A DNA stretch of 64,000 nucleotides from an uncultured Chloroflexia bacterium (GCA_963739515.1 CAVUAO010000003.1:912387-976386), one strand, 5' to 3'; shown: positions 26,720 to 35,745, numbered from the stretch's first letter. The notes: generated by a model not told the origin, from the letters alone. Numbers and translations: made by a program.

Positions 26720-28411
26720 CTAATGGCCGATGCCGCAGGAGCCGTCTTTACAGACGATCGCTTCCGGCATGCGCAGCGGCTTCGCATCGAGTTTGATGCC
26801 GGCTTTGGGTATCCAGGGGTCGATGGGGACGGACTGGAAATAAGCGAAATCGGTCGTGACCCACATGGGGTTCATTTCACCGCCGACGACGATAAAGTTG
26901 ACTCCCTCCGGCCGCTTGAAACGGAAATTCGCCTCGTTCACGAGCCACTCGCTGAGCTTGAGCGGGTCATCCCAGCCTTCCCTTTTCAGGCTCTTGGCGA
27001 CGAGGGGGTCGATAACGAAGGTAAACGAGCCGCCGAAAGGACCGCCGATATTTTTCATTACTTCCAGCATCCGCTGGAGCGGGCCGGTGTTGAAGCCGAG
27101 GACGTTCCAGCCCCGGAAAAGGCTCACGACGTTTTCGCCCGCCTTGAAGCCCTTGCGCACGTGGAAAGGCGGCCAGACGCTGTTCTCTTCGTTCTCGGCG
27201 AAGCACATGTTGTTGTAGTTGATGGTCGTTCCGGTGCTGGCGGTGAACGTTGCCCCCGGCCGGACGTCCCCGAAGTTAATGCTCATCAGCGTCCAGGCCC
27301 GGCCGATAACGGCATTGGCGTAGTTGATGGGGCTCAGGGCGCCCAGTCCGCCGTTCATGCCGATGATATTGCGGATGGGGCCGTTCACCACCATCATGCT
27401 CGCAAAGGAGGTAGTCGAGCTGGGCATGGAAGGTCGCCCCGAGGCGCCTAATGCCAGGAGAACCGGGAGGTGCTCCGGCCGGCAGCCGGCCATGACGGCG
27501 ATAGCGGCGACCCTTTCCACCGTATACTGGAGTCGCTCTTCGTGAGTGGTTACGGACATCATGCCGACGTACTCATCGGGTTTGCGGTCGGTGCCGGTGA
27601 GCATCTCGGCCACGCGCTCTTCGGTGGGCAGGATGATCGGCAGGCCGTCCGTCCAGCCTTTTTCCAGGAAAAGCCGGTGCAGGCTAGCTTCGGTATCCGG
27701 CTCGAGGAGGCGCGGTCGGGTCGGTCGCTTTACCGGTTTGTAGTTCTTCTCCTCGACCGTCAGTGGCTGGGTGAGGGCAAAAAGAACCTCATCCATGAGG
27801 GGCGCGCCGGAAACGGGGTCGTTGCCCTCGACATAGCCGTAAAGTATTTCCTTGGGAATAAAGCCGACGGGGTAGGGAGGGAAGCTCCAGCGCAGGTTCA
27901 TGCCGTGGCTGCGTCCGTCCCGCTGGACATAGTCCGCGAAGCGCGCGGTGACGATGGGGGCCGTCGGCACGCCGTAATCGCTTTCCATGGTCCGGGCGAA
28001 CTCGGCGATACTCGCCGAACAGCCGTCTCAGCCGCCCACGCCGAAGACAACGGCGTCACCGTTTTTCTTGATTTCCGCCCAGAGCTCGGGTTCGTCGGTG
28101 AACATGCTGGACTTCTTGTGGCGCAGCACCGTCTTGATGTCCGGCCGGTGGCGGGCAAACCAGCCCTCGACCTCTTCCATGAACTCTTTACCGCCGGCGA
28201 ACCCCGTGTTAACCAGGTAAACGGTCTTGCCTTGCAGTTTATCGAGGCGCGGCGCCATCTTCAGGGCGCCCAATGCCTCGGCGGTGTCCCTCGGCTGGTA
28301 TGTCGGGTCATGAATCGCGAACATCGGCGAATCGGCATCGAGACGCCGCCCGAAAATGCCGGTGGGCTGACCGCCCGGGTCGAGCACCGCTATTTTTCCG
28401 TTCTTTTTCAT
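26720..28411 (-). CDS. candidate selenoprotein: UxxC redox domain fused to an uncharacterised ~350-aa domain, read through TGA 28028-28030
   Basis: Track ORFs 28028-28411 and 26720-27988 share strand and frame and are separated by a single TGA. The junction reads ...VVFGVGG-U-DGCSASIAEFARTMESDYGVPT. There is no SD before ATG 27988. A SECIS-like hairpin lies 9 nt after the TGA. Confidence 0.6.
28002..28018 (-). promoter_or_regulatory. SECIS-like stem-loop downstream of in-frame UGA
   Basis: The mRNA has UCGGCGA-GUA-UCGCCGA, a perfect 7-bp stem. It can be extended by G-U pairs and GGC/GCC. The apical loop starts with G, 16 nt after the UGA. Confidence 0.5.
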
Positions 28412-28598
28412 ATCTTTCCCCTTTCGATATGTCGTAATATACCGTATTTCTCATATCATAAGATAAAATAAGTGCCCAGTTCAAGTTGATATTACCAAAG
28501 TTTTTGGCCCGACTTGCGCGGCAGGCTCGATTAACTCTAATATATTTATGGGTGCGTTAATTCACCGTAAAAAGAGCCAACAGGAAGGATTTGCGCGC

Positions 28599-29810
28599 AT
28601 GAATACGGGAGCACTTGACGGCTTAAAGGTCCTGGAGTTCAGCGATTTTATTTCCGGGCCATATGGCGGCAAAATGCTGGCCGACCTTGGTGCCGGGGTC
28701 ATCAAGATAGAGAAGCCCGTCTCCGGCGATAAAGCCAGGCAATGGGGGCCTTTCCCGGGGAATATACCGCACCCGGAGAAGAGCGGCCTCTTTCTCTTTT
28801 TGAACGCGAACAAGCGGGGGATTACCCTGAACGTTGCCGGCGGGCCGGGACGGGAGATATTCCGTCGACTGGCCGGTTGGGCGGACGTGCTTATCGAAAG
28901 TCAGCCGCGCCGGGAAATGGCAAAAATAGGGTTAACCTACCCGACTTTGAAAAAGTTGAACCCTTCTCTGATTATGACCTCCATATCCCCGTTCGGGGAG
29001 ACGGGTCCCTATAAAGACTATAAAGGCTCCGACCTGATTAACTCCCATATGAGCAGCGAGGCATTCGGCAACCCGACGGAGGGTGTGAATGACCTGGAGC
29101 GTTATTACCCGCTGCGGGGGCCGATGCAGGCCGCCGATTTCATGACCGGCCTGACCGCGGCGGTGTGCACCATGTCCGCGATAGTAGGGCGGCGAAAAAA
29201 TAAGGTCGGCCGGCATATCGACATCTCCGCCCAGGAAGCGCTGGCCTCGGTGGAACGGCAGGAACTCGCCTTCTGCCTGTGCGAGGGGCTTTGCCCCACC
29301 CGGCAGGTGGGCCGGAAGCGCGTCGGCGGGTTTTTATACCAGTGTAAAGACGGCTACGTCTGCATCTGGATCGGGCCGCACTGGCAGAAACTCGTGACGA
29401 TGATGGGCAAACCGGACTGGACGGAGGCCGAGCTCTTCAAGAATCCGGCCCTGCGCTCCGAGCACCAGCAGGACTGTAATAAGCTTATCGAGCTGTGGAC
29501 GATGCAATACACAATGGATGAAATCGATCGTCTCGGCATGGAATTCGATGTGCCTCTAGCGCCGGTGCGTACCGTGAAAGAGGTCGCCAACGACGTGCAG
29601 CTAGCCTACCGCAACTATTTTGCCGAGATCGACCACCCGGTGGCCGGGCGGCTCAAATACCCCGGCGCGCCTTACAAGCTGTCGGCGACGCCCTGGGAGG
29701 TCAAGCGCCCCGCCCCGCTGCTGGGCGAGCATAATGACGAAGTGTATGGCCAGATTCTTGGATACAGTCGGAAGGATATAGCAGGACTTAAACAGGCGGG
29801 CATAATATAA
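28599..29810 (+). CDS. family III CoA-transferase subunit (CaiB/BaiF/BbsE-F-like)
   Basis: LKVLEFSDFISGPYGGKMLADLGAGVIKIEKP. Start set at ATG 28599 (MNTGALDG) after AGGAAGGA. Confidence 0.85.
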   Translation: MNTGALDGLKVLEFSDFISGPYGGKMLADLGAGVIKIEKPVSGDKARQWGPFPGNIPHPEKSGLFLFLNANKRGITLNVAGGPGREIFRRLAGWADVLIESQPRREMAKIGLTYPTLKKLNPSLIMTSISPFGETGPYKDYKGSDLINSHMSSEAFGNPTEGVNDLERYYPLRGPMQAADFMTGLTAAVCTMSAIVGRRKNKVGRHIDISAQEALASVERQELAFCLCEGLCPTRQVGRKRVGGFLYQCKDGYVCIWIGPHWQKLVTMMGKPDWTEAELFKNPALRSEHQQDCNKLIELWTMQYTMDEIDRLGMEFDVPLAPVRTVKEVANDVQLAYRNYFAEIDHPVAGRLKYPGAPYKLSATPWEVKRPAPLLGEHNDEVYGQILGYSRKDIAGLKQAGII

Positions 29811-29834
29811 AGGGAAAAATCGGAGAGAATTATC

Positions 29835-31055
29835 ATGCATAAATTACCTCTGGCGGGTATCAGGATTACGGATTTCGGGCAGATGTGGGCCGGGCCTCAC
29901 CTTTCGCAGTGGCTGGCGGTCATGGGGGCGGAAGTCATTAAAGTGGAAACCCACCTGAGGATAGATTTTATGAGGATGATCGGCATTCCGCCGGGACTGA
30001 GGAGGGACGATTTCAACGCGGGGACGGCTTTCGCTTCGCTGAACTACGGTAAAAAGAGCGTTACCCTGAACATGAACGAGCCGAGGGCGCAGGAGCTTGC
30101 CAAAAAAATGGTAAAAATAAGCGACGTTGTCACGGAGAATTTCGGCGGGAATATTCTCGAGCGTTGGGGGCTGGGTTACGAGGAGATGAAAAAAATAAAG
30201 CCGGATATTATCTACTATGCCGGCTCGGGCTACGGGCGGAGCGGGCCTCATCAGTCGCGGCCGTCTTACGCGGAAATCGTGGAGGCATACGACGGCTCGA
30301 CGTATCTGAATGGCTACCCCGGCGGCGGGCCGGCGACGGTCGGGGTGTCCCCCTGGACGGACGCCACCCAGGCGATGCACGGCGCCTTTGCGATTATGGC
30401 GGCGCTATATCATCGCGACCTGACCGGGGAGGGACAATATATCGACGCCGCCATGATTGAGGGGAGCAGCAACTTCCTCGGCGAGGTGGTGATGGGCTAC
30501 GCGATGAACGGCGCCCTGGGAGAGCGGATGGGCAATCGAGATAAGTTCATGGCGCCGCACGGCTGCTATCGCTGCCAGGGAAACGACGCGTGGGTCGCCA
30601 TCGCGGTGGACGGCGAGGCGGCCTGGCAGGCTTTCGTCAAAGCCATCGGCAGCCCGGAATGGACTCAAAGAAAAGAGTTCAAAAACGAGGTAAGTCGACG
30701 GCAAAACCAGGATGAGCTTGACCGGCTCGTGGAAGAATGGACGCGCGAACATCACCAGTATGAGGTCATGGAGCTGCTGCAAAAAGCGGGGGTGGCGGCC
30801 GGGGCTTCGCTGAATATCAAAGACCTCGTCAGCGACCCGCAGCTCAAGGCGCGGCAGTTCTTTGTCGAGACGGAACACCCGGTGCTGGGGAACATCACCC
30901 TGGCGGGTCTGCCCTGGAGGCCGGAAGGCCGGCAAAAAGGCAATTATACCTGCCCGCCGCTGCTCGGGGAGCATAACGACTATGTCTTCGGGGAGCTGCT
31001 GGGCTTGAGCGCTGAAGAAATCGCCAGTCTTAAAGAAGCGAAGGTAATTTACTAG
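29835..31055 (+). CDS. family III CoA-transferase subunit (second, divergent partner)
   Basis: IRITDFGQMWAGPHLSQWLAVMGAEVIKVET. It starts 25 nt after the first subunit. Confidence 0.85.
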   Translation: MHKLPLAGIRITDFGQMWAGPHLSQWLAVMGAEVIKVETHLRIDFMRMIGIPPGLRRDDFNAGTAFASLNYGKKSVTLNMNEPRAQELAKKMVKISDVVTENFGGNILERWGLGYEEMKKIKPDIIYYAGSGYGRSGPHQSRPSYAEIVEAYDGSTYLNGYPGGGPATVGVSPWTDATQAMHGAFAIMAALYHRDLTGEGQYIDAAMIEGSSNFLGEVVMGYAMNGALGERMGNRDKFMAPHGCYRCQGNDAWVAIAVDGEAAWQAFVKAIGSPEWTQRKEFKNEVSRRQNQDELDRLVEEWTREHHQYEVMELLQKAGVAAGASLNIKDLVSDPQLKARQFFVETEHPVLGNITLAGLPWRPEGRQKGNYTCPPLLGEHNDYVFGELLGLSAEEIASLKEAKVIY

Positions 31056-31080
31056 CGGCGGGCGATTTCTTTGCTTAGAC

Positions 31081-31264
31081 ATTCGTTTATTCGTTTTTTA
31101 AATATTTTATTTTTCGATTTCGTAGCTAATTTACGAGATTTTGTAGCTGGTATTCGTTTTTATTATATGTTAAGTTAGCTTCAAAAGACGGGGTATTCGT
31201 TTTTCGATTTATGTTAAACCCAGCTATGAAATCCAGGTATTCGTTTTTTAATTTATGGTAAGTT
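31081..31264 (-). repeat. inverted partner array of 43-44-bp-periodic repeats (core AAAAACGAAT on the minus strand)
   Basis: ATTCGTTTTT at 31089, 31152, 31195 and 31239, plus a half copy at 31081-31087. Spacings are 63, 43 and 44 bp. Units align with the 4901-5067 array when reverse-complemented. Confidence 0.8.
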
Positions 31265-31347
31265 AATTTTTTATTTAGTGTTTTCGCGTAACAGTATATA
31301 AGAAGCGGAGGAGAATAGATAGATAGAGGATTTTGTCCGGGGAGTTT

Positions 31348-31375
31348 AAGAGGGGTTACAACCCCTCTTTTTTTA
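31348..31375 (+). terminator. rho-independent terminator-like hairpin
   Basis: AAGAGGGG-TTACAA-CCCCTCTT followed by a T-run. Confidence 0.6.
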
Positions 31376-31376
31376 T

Positions 31377-31432
31377 CCCCTCTCCAGCCATATATTATAT
31401 CGGTTTAAGTAATATTTAGGGCTGGAGAGGGG
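31377..31432. repeat. 13-bp inverted repeat with 30-nt AT-rich loop
   Basis: CCCCTCTCCAGCC (31377-31389) and GGCTGGAGAGGGG (31420-31432). Confidence 0.75.
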
Positions 31433-31490
31433 ATTAAGGGGTGAGGTTGAAAAATGACCTATGTGCTCAAAGATGCGGCGGGCATGCAGT

Positions 31491-31573
31491 GATTCTCACG
31501 TCGTCCTTCCAAAGGAAGGACTCCTCAGAATGACAAAGAAGGGAACGGATTCTTCGCTGCGCTCAGAATGACA
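31491..31573. repeat. two REP-like palindromic units (inverted relatives of 4624-4730)
   Basis: Reverse complements read GTCATTCTGAGGAG-TCCTTCCTTTGGAAGGA-CGACGTGAGAATC and TGTCATTCTGAGCGCAGCGAAGAATCC. Confidence 0.8.
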
Positions 31574-31592
31574 GGATGGAAACAACGGCGTT

Positions 31593-32444
31593 CTAAATCA
31601 TGTCCCGGGCAATCAGGGCGGCGCCGATAGCTCCTGCCAGCATGGGGTCGAACTCGCTGGTGAGGGCCGTCATCTTCATCTCTCTTTCGATGCGTTTCAC
31701 GATGCCGGGATTCTTCGCCAGGCCGCCGGTGAAGGCGATTTCCTTTTCCGGCAATATCCGGCCGATAGTGCCGTGAAGCCTCCAGGCGATGGTGAAAAGG
31801 TAGGCCGCCAGCACCTGGCTCTCCGTGTAGCCCTCCCGGAACAGCCCCATAGCCTCGGTATTGGCGAAGGCGTAGCAGGTGGTGCTCACCGGTTCCGGGT
31901 CTTTTTCCACCGTCAGCGACCTGGCGCCCATCTCCTGGATCGGCACCTGCATGAGGTCGGCCATGGTCTCGATGCTGCGTCCAAAGCCGTCGGCGCATTT
32001 ATCGTTCATCTGGAAGTCGCGTATCCTGTCCCAGCCGTACAGGCGGATAACTTTGCAGGTCTGCGCGCCCAGGTCGACCACCGTCCTGATAGAAGGCCCG
32101 AACATCAAGCGGGCGCCCCGCGCGTGGCAGCTGATTTCGTCGACGGTTTTACCGGCGAAAGAGATATTGCGGCTGCCCCAGCCGGTGCCCGCGATAGACT
32201 TAATGTCTTTGAGCTTCATCCCGGACTTCCCCAGCGCCCGCCTCACCGCTTCATCGGCGTTTTTGCTGTAGTCCGGCCCGTTACGGAGGCTGGCATAGCC
32301 GAACAATTTGTCATCACATAAGATGGCCGCTTGAGTGCTGTTGCTGCCCACGTCCACACCCGCGGTAATGTTTTTACATTTCTTCCAGTCGATATCCGTA
32401 GCCGTCCCGGCGGACTCCGGCCATTGCCAATATTCCTCTGTCAT
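31593..32444 (-). CDS. BadF/BadG/BcrA/BcrD-type ATPase subunit (BcrA/BzdQ-like)
   Basis: ITAGVDVGSNSTQAAIL...DLGAQTCKVI...NDKCADGFGRSIE acetate/sugar-kinase-fold ATPase with the Fe-S bridging Cys context. Confidence 0.8.
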   Translation of the reverse strand: MTEEYWQWPESAGTATDIDWKKCKNITAGVDVGSNSTQAAILCDDKLFGYASLRNGPDYSKNADEAVRRALGKSGMKLKDIKSIAGTGWGSRNISFAGKTVDEISCHARGARLMFGPSIRTVVDLGAQTCKVIRLYGWDRIRDFQMNDKCADGFGRSIETMADLMQVPIQEMGARSLTVEKDPEPVSTTCYAFANTEAMGLFREGYTESQVLAAYLFTIAWRLHGTIGRILPEKEIAFTGGLAKNPGIVKRIEREMKMTALTSEFDPMLAGAIGAALIARDMI

Positions 32445-32475
32445 TTGTTTGCCTCCAGCAGTAGTTCTTCGAACC

Positions 32476-33267
32476 TTAGCCCGCCGCTATCCCTTCGACT
32501 TCGCTCAGGGCAAGCAGGGCGGCGCCCAGCGCCCCGGCGTACTCCGCCTGCTCGGGAACCAGGAAAGCCACCCCCGACCGTTTCTTCAACGCATTGACCA
32601 CCGCCTGGTTCCGGCACAAGCCGCCGACCAGCACCGTGGCGTTTTTATCGGGATTAAATTTATCGTGGAGAATCGAGTTAAGCCGGACGGCTACCGCTTC
32701 GGCTACCGCCCGGGCGATATCTCCCCGGGGGACATTGCGGTTCAAAAGCCCGATGGCGTCCATCTCGGCGAAAACGCTGCAGCCGTCATTGACCAGCACC
32801 TCGCCGTTGCCGGAGACGCGGCCCATCTCTTCCAGCGTCATCCCCAGCGTCCGCGCCATGGACTTAAGCAGGATGCCCAGTCCGGCGGCGCATTTCTGGT
32901 TCATGACCACTTCCGTGATTTTGTCCTGCGGCCCCAGGGCCACGACGCGCACCTGGTCGGCGCCGGCGTCCATGACGCAGGTGGCTTCAGGATACAGGAA
33001 CCGGGCCGCCCGGGCGTCCGCCACAGGTTCAACAACGCGGTCGCGGGCAAAGCTGACGTCGGCCTTGCCCTGCCCGGTCGCGACGATATTATCGATATCG
33101 GAGGGAGTCAGTTTGGCCGCCGCCAGCGCCTTCTTCCAGGCCTGCTCGGCGGACTTCGCCCGGTTCGCCCCTCCCGATAATGCCGTCCCCCGGCCGACGA
33201 CTTTACCGTCCTTCAAAATCACCGCTTTAACGTTTTCTATCCCTACATCTATGCCGGCCGTGATCAT
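32476..33267 (-). CDS. BadF/BadG/BcrA/BcrD-type ATPase subunit (BcrD/BzdP/HgdC-like)
   Basis: MITAGIDVGIENVKAVIL...DAGADQVRVV...NQKCAAGLGILLK. Confidence 0.8.
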   Translation of the reverse strand: MITAGIDVGIENVKAVILKDGKVVGRGTALSGGANRAKSAEQAWKKALAAAKLTPSDIDNIVATGQGKADVSFARDRVVEPVADARAARFLYPEATCVMDAGADQVRVVALGPQDKITEVVMNQKCAAGLGILLKSMARTLGMTLEEMGRVSGNGEVLVNDGCSVFAEMDAIGLLNRNVPRGDIARAVAEAVAVRLNSILHDKFNPDKNATVLVGGLCRNQAVVNALKKRSGVAFLVPEQAEYAGALGAALLALSEVEGIAAG

Positions 33268-33276
33268 ATCAGCCTC

Positions 33277-34602
33277 CTAGTCCTCAAGTTTCCTCAAGCC
33301 CTGGCTCTCCATCCAGACATCGAGCTGGTCCAGCAGGCGGTTTTCATCGAGGTCGGTGCGGTCGCCGGGCTGGGAACCTTCGTAATGCAGGACGCGCACG
33401 CCCATCTTGCTCAAGCGCAAGCCCTGCTCCTTGCGGGTCACCGTGCAGCCCACGCCGCAGCGCCATAAAGGCAGGATAGCCCCGTCCACTTTATAGGCTT
33501 TGGCGAAGTCGTCAAGCGCCCAGGGACGGATGACCTCGTCATCCTTGAATCGGTGGCCCCGCGCTTCAGTACCGATCATCATGCGGATGGCATCTTCCCT
33601 TGTCTTGATAGGTCGATTGTCTACCGCCCTCCCCCCGAAACCGCCGCCGCGGAAACGCGGACCCCAGGTGCCGTCCTTTTTAAGCTCGAAAGGACCGGCC
33701 ATCATGTGACTGTACTGCGAGCCGACACAGACCGCCCCGTATTTCTCCATATAGCGGTAGTATTTCAGGAAGTGCCAGGGCGGCGGGTGGGTCTCCATCC
33801 AGCGGTACCTTTCATTGCCCACCGCGGCGATGTTATTCTGCACGCGCCACTCCACCTCGTCCCGCAACGCTTTCCAGATAGCCACCGTTTCGCCGGGGTC
33901 GCCCTTGGTGAGACCGCCGAGCGTGTAAAAGGAGTAGAGGTCCTTCTGGCTCAAGGGGGAGGGGATGTGCTGCATGAAACGGGAGACATCCTGCGCGTAC
34001 GGCGCAATGCCCCCGCTGATTTTCACGCTGTTGATGAACCTTTCGTCGTCGAACTTTTGCCCGAAAATCCTTTCGATTTCGGAGATGATATATAGAGTCG
34101 TATAGACCTTGTCCTCGATCATCGCTTTTTCACGGTCGACGTCCTGCGGGCCGGTGTAAAGAGCGTAGTTCTCCTGGAAGCGGGGGATAGGGGAATAGTC
34201 CATGGGCGCCTGGCCGCGTTTGGTATGCTGGTCGCACGGGTCCGAGAAAGGAATGACCAGGTCGCGGAACGGGAAAGGACTGCCGTCCTGCTGGTGCCCC
34301 AGGTACATGGCGCCCCAGCAGTTGAGCTGATAACCGCAGACTTCCCGCCCCCACCCCACGATCTCGCTATAGTACCGGGCGATGCGGGCAAACTCATCGC
34401 TCTTATTCGCCATCATCGCGCCCACGGGGTTATCCTCGATGACGCGCAGTGCTGGAAAGCCGATGCTCCACCCGACGTTGCCCTGTGCCAGCAGCACTTT
34501 TTCCGAGGAAGCGCTATCAATAGATTTCTGCCACTTCGCTCTCATTTCCTTGGCTTTGTTCCAGACTTCCAGGGGCCTGGTTTCCCATTTTGTTTTAGCC
34601 AT
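33277..34602 (-). CDS. benzoyl-CoA reductase / 2-hydroxyacyl-CoA dehydratase family catalytic subunit (BcrB/BzdO-like)
   Basis: 441 aa, starting MAKTKWETRPLEVWNKAKEMRAKW. Its size and its position second in a four-gene C-B-ATPase-ATPase arrangement fit this call. Confidence 0.7.
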   Translation of the reverse strand: MAKTKWETRPLEVWNKAKEMRAKWQKSIDSASSEKVLLAQGNVGWSIGFPALRVIEDNPVGAMMANKSDEFARIARYYSEIVGWGREVCGYQLNCWGAMYLGHQQDGSPFPFRDLVIPFSDPCDQHTKRGQAPMDYSPIPRFQENYALYTGPQDVDREKAMIEDKVYTTLYIISEIERIFGQKFDDERFINSVKISGGIAPYAQDVSRFMQHIPSPLSQKDLYSFYTLGGLTKGDPGETVAIWKALRDEVEWRVQNNIAAVGNERYRWMETHPPPWHFLKYYRYMEKYGAVCVGSQYSHMMAGPFELKKDGTWGPRFRGGGFGGRAVDNRPIKTREDAIRMMIGTEARGHRFKDDEVIRPWALDDFAKAYKVDGAILPLWRCGVGCTVTRKEQGLRLSKMGVRVLHYEGSQPGDRTDLDENRLLDQLDVWMESQGLRKLED

Positions 34603-34614
34603 AAGTGCCTCCGT

Positions 34615-35745
34615 TTATTTCAGCACCAGCTCCGGTTTCAGCATATTGATAAAGGCCTCCAGGCGCAGGCGGGTTTCTTCATACGGAAGGGTGGTATCGC
34701 GTTCAAAGTAATGGAAAGGGATGTTGCGCTCCCGGAGGATTTTCCAGATGAGCGTATTGTCCGAACCGTGAGGGTGGCAGTAAATCTGCTTGGCGATAAT
34801 GACGCCGTGAGCCTGGTAATCCTCATAAAGCTGGTAAATGTGGGCGGGACGCCGCCGCCAGTTATTGTCTTTCAGGGCGCAGTGGGGGCGGCCCAGGTAA
34901 CGCAGGGAAATAGCCATGAGGCGGTCGGGCTGGGGGATGACCTCGTTCCAGAAGTAGCAGCTGCCCGTGCAGACCTCGTCGATGACGACGTTTGCCCCCA
35001 GCTCTTCAACGAGTTTCTCCAGCGCTACGTCGGACGTGGGACTCCCGATAAGCATCAGGCGGACACCGGTATCGCGCCGGGGCTTCCGCGCCGCCAGTCC
35101 GGCGATAACATCTTTCAAAAGCTCGTTCATCTCGGCCTTGTCCATCACCTGGCTGGCCAGGACCATCTCCATCGCTTCCGAACCGAGGAGGACGGGACTA
35201 TCCGCCCGGCGCAGCTCGTAGACCTGGCGCATCAGGCGGCGGTTTTCGTTATAGATTTCTATGGCGCGGTCGAGGTCAGCGTCCGTAATAGGCTTGCCCG
35301 TCCATTTTTCCACCGCTTTTTTAAAGACATCCAGCTCCGAACGCATCAAATCCTTGGAAGTTTTCCCGTCAACGTAATCGGGGACGAAGACATAATGGTT
35401 AAATAACTCCGGCTGGCTGTTCAAAGTGGTCTGGAAGGCGTTGAGCATCCATTGACAGCCCTCGGCATTAATCAGTCCGTCGATATAATCGTAATGACCT
35501 TTAAGGAACTGGTTGAGGATATCACGCGAGCAGGCGCAGTTGCCGTACATCTGGCGGTCGGTGGCGTCATCCGGTTCATGCCGGCTCAAAAGGCGCACCG
35601 GTAGGGCGCCGGCGGCATAGACGATTTCCTCGGGCATGTAGGGCTCGTAATAGCCCAGGACTTTGCCGCCGGTCCGTTTTTTCCAGTCGCGCGCGTACTC
35701 ATGGCGGCCCTGTAAAATTTCGTGAAATCTTTCCAATTTCTTCAC
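34615..35745 (-). CDS. benzoyl-CoA reductase / 2-hydroxyacyl-CoA dehydratase family catalytic subunit (BcrC/BzdN/HgdB-like)
   Basis: ...WKKRTGGKVLGYYEPYMPEEIVYAAGALPVRL is typical of this family. The start is uncertain: the GTG at 35745 overlaps GGAGG, and the TTG at 35736 is better spaced. Confidence 0.75.
   Translation of the reverse strand: MKKLERFHEILQGRHEYARDWKKRTGGKVLGYYEPYMPEEIVYAAGALPVRLLSRHEPDDATDRQMYGNCACSRDILNQFLKGHYDYIDGLINAEGCQWMLNAFQTTLNSQPELFNHYVFVPDYVDGKTSKDLMRSELDVFKKAVEKWTGKPITDADLDRAIEIYNENRRLMRQVYELRRADSPVLLGSEAMEMVLASQVMDKAEMNELLKDVIAGLAARKPRRDTGVRLMLIGSPTSDVALEKLVEELGANVVIDEVCTGSCYFWNEVIPQPDRLMAISLRYLGRPHCALKDNNWRRRPAHIYQLYEDYQAHGVIIAKQIYCHPHGSDNTLIWKILRERNIPFHYFERDTTLPYEETRLRLEAFINMLKPELVLK

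Noticed and set aside
26600-28471. Long plus-strand ORFs (26600-27451 and 27470-28471) antisense to the SDR and UxxC genes. Similar antisense or off-frame ORFs occur at 2953-3684, 18039-18668, 30405-31082, 32335-33280, 34225-35406 and 43634-44770.
   Set aside because: All overlap genes with clear family motifs on the other strand or frame. They show Arg/Gly/Ala/Pro-rich low-complexity composition and no recognisable motifs. This is expected from the scarcity of stop codons in GC-rich sequence.
31525-31998. 157-aa minus-strand ORF ending ...VILSAAKNPFPSLSF.
   Set aside because: Its C-terminus is a translation of REP-like repeats. The rest is an out-of-frame overlap with the convincingly homologous ATPase gene 31593-32444, and its Arg/Pro/Gly-rich composition is typical of wrong-frame reading in GC-rich DNA.
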